From assembly GCF_004010195.1 (NCBI RefSeq), contig NW_025214432.1, positions 1 to 33,404 on the forward strand: a stretch of DNA of 33,404 bases, in the 5' to 3' direction. The position numbers and the translations under genes are program-made. The DNA comes from Chiloscyllium plagiosum. Its lineage: Eukaryota. The notes below the pieces were generated by a model. That model worked only from the letters and a program-made list of their open reading frames with translations. It made no database searches and was not told the origin of the DNA. Positions 31,965 through 33,404 of the stretch are shown here, piece by piece. Each line of letters starts with the position of its first letter. Position 1 is the first letter of the stretch.

Positions 31965-32725
31965 ACACATAGCTGGGAGGGAGAAAGAACTGTGAAGGAG
32001 GATTTGGAGAGACTTCAGTGTGATTTGGATAAGTTGCGTGTGTAGGCCAATGCACAGCAGATGCAGTTCAATCACATTATCCACTTTGGGAGCCAAAAGC
32101 AAAATGGATTATTATCGGAATAGCGATAGATTGGGAAAGGTGGGGGGATGTAGTGTGGTTAAACCTGGATGTCCCAGAACCACAGTCTAAAGGAGACAGA
32201 GTGGGATTGACAAAAGGAGTAATGTCTTCACACAGAGAGTGGGAAGCCTGTGGGATTCTCTGCCTCAGAAAAGTGGCACGGCCAAATCATTGTAGGTTGT
32301 TTGAGAAGAAGCCGGATCAATGTTTTAGAGATTAGAGTAAGAAAGCAAGGGAACTGTGGACTGCGTTGAATGATGAGACATGATTTTATTGAATGGGTGA
32401 CGTCAGCGTGAAGGGCTGAATGGCCTACACCTGCTTCAGTGTTGAATATTTCAATTCGATTAAATTTTTTATTCGTCAGATTCTGAAACCCATCCAAACC
32501 TCTCCGTGAGAGCTTACTGCCAATTAGTTATCAGCACAGTTGCAGATGGGATTATTATTGGAATAGTGATGGATTGGGAAAGGTAGGGGGTGTAGTGCGG
32601 TAAGACCTGGGTGTCTCTTGTACATCAATTGCTGAAAGTGAGTATTGCAGGAGCAGTAGGTTGAAGAAGTCAGATGGGATGTTGGCCTTCATAGTGAGAG
32701 GATTTGAATCCTGGAGTAGGGATGT
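31965..32725 (+). mobile_element. Two degenerate CR1 fragments (~31965-32445 and ~32530-32725)
   Basis: RRLQCDLDKL, ATCCACTTTGG, TGGGATTCTCTGCCTCAGAAA, tail GGGCTGAATGGCCTAC; KKSDGMLAFIVRGFESWSRDV. Confidence 0.7.
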
Positions 32726-32729
32726 CTCG

Positions 32730-33218
32730 CTGCGACACAGCGATGACGTGCTCCTCATGTTCATAGATCCAGCTGACCTGTGGAGGATGCCCGAGTGCCA
32801 GAATCCTCGACAAGGTGTAACTGGAACAAGTGTTTGGCATTTCTGTTCGGTCCGTGGCAGTGGGCTTCCAAACGAACTGACCCCTGTCTATCTGGAAATC
32901 GACACTGGCCCCACACTGCGGACTATCTCCTGTGCCGTGGTCCCCAAAATCAGAGCCACCTTGGGGATATCCTCCTGGTGGCGTTTCAGATGACACCGGG
33001 GTATTATTTGTCCACTCCCCACTGCTGTGCCATCACCCACAGCTCAGACACACCTTGGCATGAGGTTTTGCCCGCTGGGGATGGAGATGCCCAGTGGAGG
33101 GCCCTCTATGAAGGGGTCCCGCCATCTTAGATCAGGGATCTGGGATAGAGAGTGCTGCATGTGGTGGTCCCCTGCAACCGGTGATAGGGCAAGTTCACCG
33201 GAAGCCAGTGCACATTCT
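32730..33218 (+). mobile_element. Tx1-clade LINE ORF2 C-terminal fragment
   Basis: SDTPWHEVLPAGDGDAQWRALYEGVPPS*IRDLG*RVLHVVVPCNR resembles the Tx1 ORF2 'DTPW..W..LY...DL.WRVLH....N' region before the zinc finger. Confidence 0.7.
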
Positions 33219-33225
33219 CTTTTTT

Positions 33226-33404
33226 TAGATTCCATACAGTGTGAAAACAGGCCCTTCGGCCCAACAAGTCCACACCGACCCTCCGAAGAGCAACCCATAT
33301 GGAACCATTCCCTACATTTACCCCTGACTAACACACCTAACAGCTGGCAATTTAGCATGGCCAGTTCACCGAACTTGCACATCTTTGGACTGTGGGAGGA
33401 AACT
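33226..33404 (-). mobile_element. HE1-type SINE, cut by the window end
   Basis: ACAGTGTGAAAACAGGCCCTTCGGCCCAACAAGTCCACACCGACCCTCCGAAGAG...GCACATCTTTGGACTGTGGGAGGAAAC is the reverse complement of the HE1 tail and V-domain. Confidence 0.88.

Overview
Repeat-dominated vertebrate genomic DNA, very likely from a shark or other elasmobranch (HE1-type V-SINEs, a SacSINE1/DeuSINE-like SINE, many CR1 LINE fragments). No intact host protein-coding gene can be supported. A ~10 kb block (~17-10114) is repeated in direct orientation at ~15626-25503; both ends of the homology fall in minisatellites. Each copy carries a decayed minus-strand Ly6/uPAR (LU, three-finger; PINLYP/PLA2-inhibitor-like) exon and a CR1 fragment with an expanded 39-bp array. 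Between the copies lie a Gypsy integrase relic, a Gmr1-like Gypsy fragment (SCAN-like gag, protease, integrase) and two Penelope-like element (PLE) pieces. One PLE piece has an intact minimal hammerhead ribozyme core (15505-15539) and the other a decayed one. A two-LTR Gmr1-like provirus (26123-31493, GTAC target-site duplication) has integrase upstream of RT/RNase H and is disrupted by a LINE and a SINE scar. Two N-gaps lie in copy 2. All family assignments are from recognition by eye, not database searches, and many boundaries are approximate. I found interesting instances of known element classes, but nothing I can show to be a new biological system.
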